Virus record (IMG/VR): IMGVR_UViG_3300021093_006163
DNA: 64,000 bases
Strand: one strand, 5' to 3'
Source: an uncultured virus (IMG/VR IMGVR_UViG_3300021093_006163)
Lineage: Duplodnaviria; Heunggongvirae; Uroviricota; Caudoviricetes
The notes below the pieces were generated by a model. The model worked only from the letters and a program-made list of their open reading frames with translations, made no database searches and was not told the origin of the DNA. The position numbers were made by a program, and so were the translations under genes. The stretch's first letter is position 1, and each line of letters opens with the position of its first letter. Below, piece by piece: positions 38,633 through 48,581 of this stretch.

Positions 38633-41521
38633 TTATGCTGCTGCGCTGCGACCTGAAACTACGAAGTCAATTGAGATGAACTCCGCAGTCCTTGTTGGCT
38701 GCAAGAAGATCTTGCCCCTAATTGTGTTATTCTCGATGTCGGCCTGTGTCGTTGTTGTCGTATCAATGATAACCTTGTATCGATCGACACCGCCGCCAGA
38801 CTGGATTCTCTGCAGGATAGGATTGACCAGTGAGTTGAACTTGTCAAGTGTTGCCTGCGTATTCGGCTCAAACAAGAGGCTGTTCGCAACCTGCCTAACC
38901 TGTCTACGAAGGAATATGAGAAGCCTTCTCACGTTGATCCTGTCGAGAGAAGAGGCAGCCTGCAGAAGAGTCTTCTGTCCCCATACCACGAAACCTGTGC
39001 CCGGGAATGCCACTATTGGATTGATGGATGAATCATAAAGGGTATCAAGATCATCCTGCGTGAGCTGAACTGATGCCTCGACAACATTCGAGAGAGATGC
39101 CCTATTGAATCCTGCAGGTGCATTCCAGTAATATCCGATCCTGTCATTTGTTGACATCGCGCCGAGTGCAGCAACGCTGGGCGGTACTTCCATCAGATCG
39201 CCAGTGTCTGGGTTTGTGATTGTGACGTCTGGGAAGTAAGCAGCAGCAAATGATGTGTTCAGGCTCCTGTTCTCGAATGCGTCGACTGTGAATGAAACAT
39301 CTGGAGCAGATTCTGATCCTGTTATTACGGCATTGAACTCATCTCTTTCCTCGATATCCATGATGTACATCGCATCGAATCTATTTTCGACCGCTGTGAT
39401 TGCATAATTCGTGATAGAGGAGTGTCTAATTCCGGGTATTGTCAACAGCTGGATATCTGTGTCTGACTTACTACCCATAATGTCAACAGCTTTCTTGTAG
39501 GCAGAGACTGTCGGACCTGACGATGCGCCGCCTTGATTTCCTGCATCATCGATCTCTCGCTTGATTGCAAGGTTCGTTAGATTTGACTTTTGCGCGTCAA
39601 ATACGTTGACACCATCAAACCCTCCCTGCATTATCACTGCAAATGAGACATACAGGCCGGACTTTGAGGTCGTGCTAGCAAGGTCTGAGACTGAAAGTGC
39701 ACGAGTCTTTGCAGATTCATTAGCAACGATTCCTCCTTCTCTGACGTATGTTGCAGAAGCCCAATAGTTAGGATCAGCAATTCCGTTTGATGCTGTGACA
39801 ACCTTTATCTTTTCGATCGAGAACAGGTTGTTGTTAAAGGTATCTGCAGAATCGCTATTCTCAACGTAAAAATTTGCAGCCGATGGTGCAAATGATGGAA
39901 AGAACTTTGTAAAGCTCTTTATCGACTCATCCTGGGTGTCGGTGAAGTTATAATCAGACAACTGTTGCAACGTGAGCTGCGTTCCCCAGGCGATGCCTGC
40001 CCTTGCAACTGATCCATCTACGACGTTCTTTCGCATAGGAACAGGTGGAATCAATGCACGTCTTAGATCATTGACTCTATCAGAGAAGAACTGACCGTCA
40101 CCTGAACCAGGTGCAGTTGACAAAATGCTTCCTGATGTGACTAAGAATCCGTATCCTCGATATCCAAATGGAAGCGCATCGCTTGGCACATTTCCTTGAA
40201 TGATGTCATCTGACATCTCAACCCTAATATAGCTGTTGACTACGGGATAGTCTCCTTCAATCGCTATCTTCTGTGAGCTTGCTGACCTGTCAAAGTCAAA
40301 GTACACATTTTGGTCTCCGATCATGCGTGCAATGTATGAGGTTGACGTAGGATCAAGAGATAGCCCGGGAAAGCGAATTACAAACTTTGCTGTGTCGTAT
40401 TCATAGACTGATAGGTCAAATTTTCCAAAGTTGTACTCAGGATCTCTCGAAGGAGTAATGTTCTCAACTATTATCTTGTATTTAGAGTTTGCATTCTCTC
40501 CGTCTGAAAGTGAGAAAATTCTGAATAGTGGATACTTTGTTCCTCCAAAATTTTGCGAGATTAAGAAAGGAGTATGCGGTGTTGCGTATCTTTCTCTGAA
40601 GTTCTCAAAATTCGGTATGGTCGTGTTTGAGGTGTCTCGAGCCAGGGAGCTGGTCGTAAGGAAAACAACATCCTGCTTGAAGGCATCTTGTCGTGTAGTT
40701 GGTGATGAAAAAACTCCAGTACCTGTAAAGAAGGCTAGAGATGTCGGAACATCATAGTATGTGTAAAGATAGTGCCCTGCCTCCTCAATCAATGTAGGAT
40801 CTTTGTTGAGCTTCAATGAGATGTGATTATCTCCTGTCTCAAGTGACGCTGTTATTATGTTTGGATAATCAGTCGTGCTCTTATGTCCATTGAGGAGCAT
40901 GACAAACAGCGACCCAGTTATCGACATCGAACCAGTAATGCCACCGCCTAGAGTTGTTGAAATTGATGTCGGATCGTTAGATAGATTGTGATTTCCTGAC
41001 AGAGTCAATGCTACACCAGAGGGCGTCATGATGATGCCTCTGATTATTGGATGCGATGCAGATGTTGTTTGGATGCCGGCTTCGCTGAATATTGTGGATC
41101 CTGCTGATTCTGACATGAATGCGCCCAGGAAATGGGTTCTTCCAAGGGGGCCGCCATAATTTGCATACAGATTCGATGAGACGATTCCGCTTTCCTGCAC
41201 CTGCTGACTTCCAACGACGAAGCCTGCATTTGTAACCTGTCCGGTCGATGTGCTACGCTTCTTTCCATCTCCGATTCCGAGAACCCTGACGTAGGTTGCC
41301 TGGCTTGCGTTGGCAAGCCACTGGCTCACTGCAACCGGTCCAAACCTATCTCCACTCTCTCCAAAGAGAGTCTTCCAAGACCCATATGTTGTAAAAGTAA
41401 CCGGAACAAATGCGGGACCAGTCTCTGCAGTGCCAACAATTCCTGCAGGAATTCCAGTTGCAGCTGCAACAGTCGGCTGCGACTGATCTATGATGTTAAT
41501 TGTTACTTTGGCGCTTCCCAT
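38633..41521 (-). CDS. gp18: tail sheath protein, copy 2
   Basis: GPAFVP, PPSVAALG, APAGFNR, INPI, WGQKTL, LDRINVRRL, FEPN, PTRTAEFISIDF. Confidence 0.92.
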   Translation of the reverse strand: MGSAKVTINIIDQSQPTVAAATGIPAGIVGTAETGPAFVPVTFTTYGSWKTLFGESGDRFGPVAVSQWLANASQATYVRVLGIGDGKKRSTSTGQVTNAGFVVGSQQVQESGIVSSNLYANYGGPLGRTHFLGAFMSESAGSTIFSEAGIQTTSASHPIIRGIIMTPSGVALTLSGNHNLSNDPTSISTTLGGGITGSMSITGSLFVMLLNGHKSTTDYPNIITASLETGDNHISLKLNKDPTLIEEAGHYLYTYYDVPTSLAFFTGTGVFSSPTTRQDAFKQDVVFLTTSSLARDTSNTTIPNFENFRERYATPHTPFLISQNFGGTKYPLFRIFSLSDGENANSKYKIIVENITPSRDPEYNFGKFDLSVYEYDTAKFVIRFPGLSLDPTSTSYIARMIGDQNVYFDFDRSASSQKIAIEGDYPVVNSYIRVEMSDDIIQGNVPSDALPFGYRGYGFLVTSGSILSTAPGSGDGQFFSDRVNDLRRALIPPVPMRKNVVDGSVARAGIAWGTQLTLQQLSDYNFTDTQDESIKSFTKFFPSFAPSAANFYVENSDSADTFNNNLFSIEKIKVVTASNGIADPNYWASATYVREGGIVANESAKTRALSVSDLASTTSKSGLYVSFAVIMQGGFDGVNVFDAQKSNLTNLAIKREIDDAGNQGGASSGPTVSAYKKAVDIMGSKSDTDIQLLTIPGIRHSSITNYAITAVENRFDAMYIMDIEERDEFNAVITGSESAPDVSFTVDAFENRSLNTSFAAAYFPDVTITNPDTGDLMEVPPSVAALGAMSTNDRIGYYWNAPAGFNRASLSNVVEASVQLTQDDLDTLYDSSINPIVAFPGTGFVVWGQKTLLQAASSLDRINVRRLLIFLRRQVRQVANSLLFEPNTQATLDKFNSLVNPILQRIQSGGGVDRYKVIIDTTTTTQADIENNTIRGKIFLQPTRTAEFISIDFVVSGRSAAA

Positions 41522-41547
41522 TTATTTGCTCCTAGTCCTTAATTATC

Positions 41548-44500
41548 TTAGACGAACTCTACGCCAGCATTGGTGATGATGAAATCAATTGCAATGTATT
41601 CAACAGCTCGCGTAGGGACAATCAAAATTCTACCATTAAGCTTGTTCTGCTCAATATCAGATTGTGCGTTGTTGGTGTCATCCATGACTATGGAGAACGA
41701 GTCTATTCCGCTTTGGCTCTGAATCAGCGTCAACTCGGGTGTGAGCTGACTTACAAACCTCGCCCTGGTCGAAGCTGTGTTCTGCTCGAAGACATACAGC
41801 AATCCAATAGCTGTGACCCTTCTTGCGAGCTCAATGAGCATTCTCACCACATTGACACGATCAAGTGCAGACCTGGAGATCTGTAGCGTCTTCTGTCCAA
41901 AGATTACAAATCCTGCGCCCGGGAATGAAGTGATTGGATTTATACGAGAATCATAGAGGCTGTCCCTGTCTGCACTCGTTAGGCGAGTTGCCAATCCGGT
42001 TACATCCGCAAGGGATGCACGATTGAATCCTGCAGGTGCATACCACGGGAAGGCAAGCCTGTCATTTTGCGAAATAGCACTTAGCGCTGCCACCGATGCG
42101 GGCACTCGGACACGCCTTCCAGAGGTTGAGTCTGTAAGATTGACATCGGGGAAGTATGTTGCTGCGTATCTGTTATCTATTGATCTGGCTGCAAACTTCT
42201 GGATTGTCTTATCGACATCGGGCTGAACCGTAGAGGTGAATATTCTTTCGCCCGTATCATCGTACGTTGGAATATCCATGAGATAGAATGCACGTGCGAA
42301 ATTTTCTGCTTTCAGGAGCGCGTAATTTGTGACGCTAGAATCTCTAATGCCCGGGATTGTTATGGTGTTGACGCGCGATGCAAGCGGATCTGTGATTATT
42401 CCAATTGCACCCCTGTAAGAGTTGACAACTGAATTTGTTGCGCCGGTTCCAAATCCGTTCGAAGTGGCGCTAAAGTTCAGACCGATGTCTAGCGATGTTG
42501 TTGCCTTTCCTCCTGACTCTTGCGATGACGCGCGATCATTCATTGCTGACATATCAGCATCAAGAATGTTTGTTCCGTCCCATCCTCCATACATGACGTT
42601 AGTAAACTTTGTGAAATCGCTGAATCTGTTAAACTGGTATGAAGAAGTAAGTGAACACAGCGTAGCGAGAGTTATTCTAGTCGAACCATCAGATAGCTTG
42701 TACGTGTAATTAGGAAGCGTTACAGCTTTGTTCCTTCCATAGAATGCGTTGATCATGTGCTGATTAAGCGTGCCAGTTAGATCGTTGACTGATTGATTGA
42801 ATAGTGAGACACGTGCCAGAGTAAACTTGTTTGATCCAAATGTGTCTGCACCTGATCCTGTTAGCAGTGTATCAAGCTTCTGAATTCCTGCGAACTTTAC
42901 AATGTTCTCAATGTACTGGTCCCGTGATGTCCCAGAATTTGGATCCAGGTCATTTTCAGTCCTCTCAAACTTGTAGCCCCAGTAGAGCCTCGCGTCTACA
43001 TTCTCAGTAAACCCTGCTTGACCTAAGAAGCTCGGGCTCGTTTGCGTCTCTCCGGTGGTGACCTTAAATCGCATCGGAACAGGTGGCAGAATAGATGCTG
43101 TAAGACTCGTGTTAGGTCCGCCAAGAAGTGCAAGCCTTCTCGATACAAGCTCAGATCCTGCATCGGTCAGGCTATCATTTGTCTTAAGGAGAGGTATTCC
43201 TCTGAATCCAAATGGCAGTGCTCCAGGAGGCACGTTCTTGGACTCTACCTGCGAGCTCATTACTACTCTAATTCTTCTGGACCTGTTTGGATATTTTCCA
43301 GAGGATACAAATCTACGCTCGCTCTCTGCTGCAGCATCAAAGTTGAAATAGACCTTCTTGTCGCCTATGAGTTTTGCAATATAATTTGGACTTGACGGAT
43401 CTAAAGTGCACTGAGGATACTGCTCGTAGACTTTGACGTTAAAATCAGAATCGTAGAAATCTCTGACTGATAGCGTGAATGTTCCGTAGGGATTCGTTGG
43501 ATCGTCTGATTTGCGCAAATTCGAGATTGATATCTTGAACATCGTGTTTGTATCATTTCCGGCACTAATCGTCTCAACGTGGAATAGATCGTATTCCTTG
43601 TCTGCGAATGGCTGGCTTATGAACGATGTTGTCCTTGCTGACTGGAATCTTGTGTTAAATTTCCCAAATGCGGTTTCAAAGGCAACAGTTGATTCTCCAG
43701 ATGTCGCTGAGGTTCTCTGCGATCCGCTCGCAAGCGCAACAGAATTTGCAGCAGTTGCAAGGTTTGCTATTGTCGAATCAACTGGGAAGTGAAGGTAGAG
43801 AAGATGCTCTTGACTCTGGAAGAGTGTGGGTGATGTATTAAGAATCTTTGAAATGTAGTTATCACTATCTGGATTGAGGGATGCTGTGTAGATTCTTATG
43901 CCAGTTGACCTATCAGCAGTTCCAAATCCAGGAGAAGAGCTAGAGATGACAAGCTTGAAGTCGCCTGTCGATCCTGCAGTCGCTATATCGTCGAGCGTGT
44001 TGGAAACAGAGTATGTGTGATTGTCAGACATTATCTGCGCACGGGTTCCAGACGCTAGCAAGAGAACCCCTCTTACCAGGAGAGCAGACTGCTGCCCAGC
44101 AGATGTGTATGAGTCGTTTAAAGTAAAAATTGGATAGGACGCATCGATGTCACCCGTTGCAAGAGTGTGATTTGCAACAATAAACTGAACAGACCCTTTG
44201 GACCTATTATCTCCTTGCCCAACAACAGATCCAGAAATAACAAATCCTGATCCTACGACAGTTCCTTTCGTTTGTGTGTTGAGAGAGTCGCCTGCTGAAG
44301 AATTTCCTCCTGCGCCTAGCACCCTAATGAATGTAAGCGCCTCACCGTTTTTAAAGTGCTCCTGGGCTGCATAGTACGCAGGTGAGCGATTTATTTCAGC
44401 ATCACCGAACACGGTGACAAAATCACTCAGCGACGTTACAGTTGTAGGTATAAAGGCAGGACCCATAGGAGAAGTTCCAATTAATCCCGCTGGTGTTCCA

Positions 44501-44577
44501 ACAACACCTTCAGCAGGAGCGCTCAAGTCAATCTCAGCCTCAAAAAATCCGGGAGACCGATAGGTTACCTCTGCCAT
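41548..44577 (-). CDS. gp18: tail sheath protein, copy 1
   Basis: SPGFFEAEIDLS, GPAFIP, PWYAPAGFNR, INPI, FGQKTL, LDRVNV, PTRAVEYIAIDF. Confidence 0.92.
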   Translation of the reverse strand: MAEVTYRSPGFFEAEIDLSAPAEGVVGTPAGLIGTSPMGPAFIPTTVTSLSDFVTVFGDAEINRSPAYYAAQEHFKNGEALTFIRVLGAGGNSSAGDSLNTQTKGTVVGSGFVISGSVVGQGDNRSKGSVQFIVANHTLATGDIDASYPIFTLNDSYTSAGQQSALLVRGVLLLASGTRAQIMSDNHTYSVSNTLDDIATAGSTGDFKLVISSSSPGFGTADRSTGIRIYTASLNPDSDNYISKILNTSPTLFQSQEHLLYLHFPVDSTIANLATAANSVALASGSQRTSATSGESTVAFETAFGKFNTRFQSARTTSFISQPFADKEYDLFHVETISAGNDTNTMFKISISNLRKSDDPTNPYGTFTLSVRDFYDSDFNVKVYEQYPQCTLDPSSPNYIAKLIGDKKVYFNFDAAAESERRFVSSGKYPNRSRRIRVVMSSQVESKNVPPGALPFGFRGIPLLKTNDSLTDAGSELVSRRLALLGGPNTSLTASILPPVPMRFKVTTGETQTSPSFLGQAGFTENVDARLYWGYKFERTENDLDPNSGTSRDQYIENIVKFAGIQKLDTLLTGSGADTFGSNKFTLARVSLFNQSVNDLTGTLNQHMINAFYGRNKAVTLPNYTYKLSDGSTRITLATLCSLTSSYQFNRFSDFTKFTNVMYGGWDGTNILDADMSAMNDRASSQESGGKATTSLDIGLNFSATSNGFGTGATNSVVNSYRGAIGIITDPLASRVNTITIPGIRDSSVTNYALLKAENFARAFYLMDIPTYDDTGERIFTSTVQPDVDKTIQKFAARSIDNRYAATYFPDVNLTDSTSGRRVRVPASVAALSAISQNDRLAFPWYAPAGFNRASLADVTGLATRLTSADRDSLYDSRINPITSFPGAGFVIFGQKTLQISRSALDRVNVVRMLIELARRVTAIGLLYVFEQNTASTRARFVSQLTPELTLIQSQSGIDSFSIVMDDTNNAQSDIEQNKLNGRILIVPTRAVEYIAIDFIITNAGVEFV

Positions 44578-44631
44578 TTCAACTCCGGTTGCTTTCTTAT
44601 CAAATACATATCCTGACTAATTATGAAATGA

Positions 44632-45819
44632 CTAGTCCTTAGACTCTTCGATCTGCGTGAGGATTCTTCCCGTAGATATTTTTTCCCCTTTTCTTGGCTT
44701 CCTTGTTACAAGAGGCTCATATCTGGGTTTTTCGCTCGATCTATCGACTGCCTTGACCTCAAGATCAGATCTATCAGTTCTTGGGACGCCGTCAGGCGTG
44801 AGAGTTTCAACATCGCTTAGAGTAAATGCATTTACTCGAGCGTTAGCACCTACCCTATACGGAGGAGAAGCGACCTGCTGTCTGATTTCATAATTCTGGA
44901 AGACAAATTCAGGTGCTGTGTGAAACACCCTATAGGGAGTGCTAATTCCAGGATGTCTAGGGGCAAGAATGTACGCAGGAACTCTCATGTTAAAAGAGTA
45001 CTTTATAATTCTTTCTGTTCCTGAAAAATTCTCAAAGTTATCACCTGAGCTCATTGGGCCCATCATTATTGCAGTAAACTTGAATCCCTTGTTAGACACA
45101 AGCTGAAATTCACGTCCTTGTCCGTCTGTCTTTACAAGGAGTGTCTCAAGCAGCTGATTCATCTGCGACATGTATTGTGTCCAAAAGGTGATCTCATAGT
45201 TGAGCTGTATGAAAATAGGATAGGGTATTGTTATGACCTCAACTATGCTATTCGAAATGTCGTTCTCAAGAGGAAATCCTATTCTGCCTCCGCCAAAAGA
45301 AAGACCTGCGCCAGGCCTTCTTGACGTTTTTGTTCCTGGAATTGCGCCATATCCCGGAGAAACATCGTTGTTCAGAAAATGCGCTCGGGATGTCACGTTG
45401 TCCTGGTTTTTTATCGATAGCTTATTTAGCGCATTTTGATAGTCTCGATCTGACGTATCGAGTCGCTTTCTTATAACGTAGTCTGTATTTTGTCTAAATG
45501 AAATTGCGGTACCGCCTGCCTCTTGATCTGTCTTAAATCCGATTGCTTGCCTCTTAACTGCGATCAGAGGAAGAATAAGCGCGTTATTCTTGTCTCGAAT
45601 CGGCTTCTGACGTCGAGTTAATGCAAATCTTTCTCCGGCTGCAAAGACGACTGGAACCTTGGTTGTCTGCTCATTGACCTTTATCTCAAAAGCGAGGCGC
45701 TTATCAAAAAGCTCAAAAAGCGCACGGTCGACGTCCTCAATTCCGCACGAGGGAAAAGAGAAGTTGTTTGGGACATTGAATCCTTCATATCCTTTTTTCA
45801 GCTGTTCTTTAGGTGGCAT
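44632..45819 (-). CDS. tail completion / sheath terminator protein (gp15-like)
   Basis: IEDVDRA..., VPVVFAAGER, LPLIAVKR, TIPYP...YEITFWT; lies between neck and sheath genes. Confidence 0.65.
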   Translation of the reverse strand: MPPKEQLKKGYEGFNVPNNFSFPSCGIEDVDRALFELFDKRLAFEIKVNEQTTKVPVVFAAGERFALTRRQKPIRDKNNALILPLIAVKRQAIGFKTDQEAGGTAISFRQNTDYVIRKRLDTSDRDYQNALNKLSIKNQDNVTSRAHFLNNDVSPGYGAIPGTKTSRRPGAGLSFGGGRIGFPLENDISNSIVEVITIPYPIFIQLNYEITFWTQYMSQMNQLLETLLVKTDGQGREFQLVSNKGFKFTAIMMGPMSSGDNFENFSGTERIIKYSFNMRVPAYILAPRHPGISTPYRVFHTAPEFVFQNYEIRQQVASPPYRVGANARVNAFTLSDVETLTPDGVPRTDRSDLEVKAVDRSSEKPRYEPLVTRKPRKGEKISTGRILTQIEESKD

Positions 45820-45821
45820 GA

Positions 45822-46487
45822 TTAAGACTCATCATAGAAAGATGACCCAACTCCATCAGGATCTCCCTTCGCAGAAACCTCTGCCGGGCCTGTGATTGGC
45901 TGTGCGAGAACTCCATTCTGTTGAAGAGCGCGAATATCTCCTGTCTTTCCAAGTCGATTTTCTTCGAAGCCCCTCTGCTGGACAAAAGTGTTTTGAACAG
46001 CGTCTTCGTCCGAGTACCACTCTGATGTTGGCCCAAAGACCTTCGAGAGGAACTGTCCTTTTCTTGACTGCTTACCGGTAATCGTAATATAGCTTTTATG
46101 TTCGATCTGTCCGAAGATAGTATCAGTTCGTGGAGCTTTCACTATTTCAAAGAATGTATCACCGTATGTGAAAAAGTCCCCTTCCATTAAATCAATCTGC
46201 TTGTCAATCAGGTCTCTGACCTGAATGTAGCACTCAACTGTGTAGTATTCTTCAGAACCAAACTTGTTTGTGACAATCTCTTGCGGTGAATACTTTACCA
46301 GGCACTCAAGCTCAATGGGAGTCTCAAATATTTTATCAGCTGATTCTTCATAGATGTCATGAGCCCGCGACTTGACTTCGTTGATTGAAAAGTAGTAGAT
46401 TTTTTGACCAATGACGTCCTTGACAATCTCTTTTGCAATGTCGTTTATGAAGTTTATCTCTCTAGGTGTAATAAAAAGTCTAGCCAT
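45822..46487 (-). CDS. neck / head closure protein (gp14-like)
   Basis: GQKIYY, IYEES, EGDFF.YG..FFEI; synteny with gp13. Confidence 0.7.
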   Translation of the reverse strand: MARLFITPREINFINDIAKEIVKDVIGQKIYYFSINEVKSRAHDIYEESADKIFETPIELECLVKYSPQEIVTNKFGSEEYYTVECYIQVRDLIDKQIDLMEGDFFTYGDTFFEIVKAPRTDTIFGQIEHKSYITITGKQSRKGQFLSKVFGPTSEWYSDEDAVQNTFVQQRGFEENRLGKTGDIRALQQNGVLAQPITGPAEVSAKGDPDGVGSSFYDES

Positions 46488-46495
46488 TTTCTACA

Positions 46496-47671
46496 TCACC
46501 CCATAAATATTGCTTTTCCATTTGGAATAGGGATCTTAGAAAGCTGCTTTGTGAGATTTTCAGCTCGAGCTGCAGCCGTCTCAATCAGCTTATCATAAGT
46601 TAATGTATCGAGCATTTCCCTAAGCTTCGTCGCTAGATTTGTCTTGTCCTCTCTGCCTTTTGAAATTAGGTCAGCACCGTTAAGCGTCACTGTTCCTCCT
46701 GGAATCGGAACATTTCCAAATTTATTTCTAATCATTCCAAGCTGCTCCATGCAAAGAGCTAGCGTATATTGCCTGATCCATTGTCTTCCTATACTGTTCA
46801 CATTTGTATAGTTGACATTCCCGTAAGGAATGTTAGAGATGTTTGAAACACCGCCTATTGTCTCGTCTCCGTATGCTGGGTCAAGAGGATTAGAAAAATA
46901 CCTTACACGAACCCAAAGCTTGTTTGGGACCTCATTTTGTGTAGGAGCAGGAAATATTCTAATGTTTGTTCCTGTGACCTTGTATGAGTAGTTTGATCTT
47001 CTGACTCTGTTTGACAGATCAAGCATTCCTGCTCGAAGTATGTCCTCAAAGACAGGTAGGACATAAAAAATTGTCTCAGGAGTGAAAGATTCAAAAGAAA
47101 ATGCGTTATTAAGGTAATTAATTGCTGATGTTGTATCAAAAAATCTATAGGCAGCTTGCGGGCTAAAATGGAAGACTTCCATTATTCTCATCTTTGTTCT
47201 TGGCGATGAGTTGTCACTTCCGCTAAATAAGGGTACGCTACTTGCATCTACCAGATCTCTGTACAGGTCGTAGTCTTGCTGTCCTGCTTGAAGTGAGATA
47301 GATCCTGAATATTGGTTGTATGAGCCTCCCAATCCGGCCTCTGTAGCATAAGGCTCTGCAAAGCGTCCGAGATACTCAAGACTCTCTCTTGGTAGTTTAT
47401 TGGTTGCCTCGGTTCCTGATCCTGTGGTGTATCCCAGATAGGTTAGAAGCTGAGATTTTGCCTGGTACTGATTAAGTATTGATCCGTATTCCAGGGTGGC
47501 CTCTTCGAAGTTTCCCCAGATCATCTTCTTGGTCAACTCAACAGACAGCACGTCGTCTCCCATCCTGCGCTTGACAAATGTAATCATCTTGTCAGCTTCG
47601 TCCTGGAAGTCAGTGTTTGAATCAAAAATTGCAAACGGAGTAGGATTTAATGTTGTGCTAAATGTAGACAT
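46496..47671 (-). CDS. neck protein (gp13-like)
   Basis: RRMGDDVLSVEL, WIRQYTLALC.E.LG.IR.KF...PGGTVTLNG. Confidence 0.82.
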   Translation of the reverse strand: MSTFSTTLNPTPFAIFDSNTDFQDEADKMITFVKRRMGDDVLSVELTKKMIWGNFEEATLEYGSILNQYQAKSQLLTYLGYTTGSGTEATNKLPRESLEYLGRFAEPYATEAGLGGSYNQYSGSISLQAGQQDYDLYRDLVDASSVPLFSGSDNSSPRTKMRIMEVFHFSPQAAYRFFDTTSAINYLNNAFSFESFTPETIFYVLPVFEDILRAGMLDLSNRVRRSNYSYKVTGTNIRIFPAPTQNEVPNKLWVRVRYFSNPLDPAYGDETIGGVSNISNIPYGNVNYTNVNSIGRQWIRQYTLALCMEQLGMIRNKFGNVPIPGGTVTLNGADLISKGREDKTNLATKLREMLDTLTYDKLIETAAARAENLTKQLSKIPIPNGKAIFMG

Positions 47672-47713
47672 ATCTTCTTTCCGCTGAATCTATCAATAAA
47701 TAGGCATCAGACG

Positions 47714-47747
47714 CACATCAGGCGCCCTTAGCAGAGCGCCTGATGTG
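47714..47747. terminator. 12-bp intergenic hairpin
   Basis: CACATCAGGCGC-N10-GCGCCTGATGTG; no clear U-tract on the minus strand. Confidence 0.5.
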
Positions 47748-47755
47748 TATCTTTT

Positions 47756-47998
47756 CTACTTTCTTTTCTTGTAGGACTTGAAAGAATTTGAATCAGATAA
47801 TTCAGCCACAGGTGCGTCTTCTGCATCTGTCTTTGCCTCACCTTCACTCTTTAGAGGTTCAAGATCTTGTTTTTCCTCTTGGCCTGGAAGAGAAACGATC
47901 TCAGACTTCTTTTGAGATGCTTGTTTTGAAGCCTTTTCTTTCTCGAGAGACCGCTTGAGGCTCTCTACCTGATCCTCAGTCAATGGAACTATTGCCAT
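47756..47998 (-). CDS. hypothetical protein
   Basis: GGAG RBS; charged low-complexity ORF. Confidence 0.6.
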   Translation of the reverse strand: MAIVPLTEDQVESLKRSLEKEKASKQASQKKSEIVSLPGQEEKQDLEPLKSEGEAKTDAEDAPVAELSDSNSFKSYKKRK

Positions 47999-48034
47999 TA
48001 TTTTCTCCGGTTATTTCTCAAAACTCAAACTAGA

Positions 48035-48496
48035 TCACAGCCCGGCGATTGTGCAAGATCCTGAGAGCCCAGTAACTAGAAAGCTCTTGCCATCTGACAC
48101 AAAGGCAGCTGAGGAACCGAGAACACCAGGAAGTGTAAGTCTGCTACCCTGCGCAGCCACTCCAGCAACAGAAGATCCTGGAATTCCAGCAAACACCTTT
48201 GTTCCAGCCGTCTCCTGGGATCCGGTTAAAATGTGAGCATCAGCTGAAAGAGTCCTGAAAACAAATTGTGCGCCAGGAACAGCAGATGCAAGCGGCATCA
48301 CAACTGTTAGAATGCCTGTTCCGGTTGATCCTGAAATTGTATAAACACCTGCTGCTGTTACAGTTGAACTTGTCGTGACGGCCTGCACGTCTGACTTTGG
48401 CATGGATGAAAATGTGATGGAATCTGAGTTAAAAGTAACACCAGATCCTGTCTCCTGAACTAGTCCCTTTGCTGAATCGTACGTAATCTTTGGCAT
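48035..48496 (-). CDS. putative virion (head decoration/fibre-like) protein
   Basis: Gly/Ser/Thr/Ala-rich beta-type protein; strong AGGAGG RBS; late-type motif upstream. Confidence 0.6.
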   Translation of the reverse strand: MPKITYDSAKGLVQETGSGVTFNSDSITFSSMPKSDVQAVTTSSTVTAAGVYTISGSTGTGILTVVMPLASAVPGAQFVFRTLSADAHILTGSQETAGTKVFAGIPGSSVAGVAAQGSRLTLPGVLGSSAAFVSDGKSFLVTGLSGSCTIAGL

Positions 48497-48576
48497 GTGA
48501 ACCTCCTTTTGCTCCGAATGCTTCCAATCCCCCGTCGGTGCCAGGTGTTCACTGGATTGGGCTTAAGATTATGTAT
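48497..48576 (-). promoter_or_regulatory. late-type promoter motif plus structured leader with possible RBS-adjacent pseudoknot
   Basis: ATACATA; CCAAUCC/GGAUUGG stem; GUGAAC complementary to GUUCAC immediately before AUG. Confidence 0.5.
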
Positions 48577-48581
48577 CTAGC

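Noticed and set aside
48497..48560. HDV-like/theta ribozyme call for the structured leader
   Set aside because: The order of stems is similar, but P1 does not start with G, there is no GG for P1.1 and no canonical catalytic J4/2; kept only as an unclassified structure.
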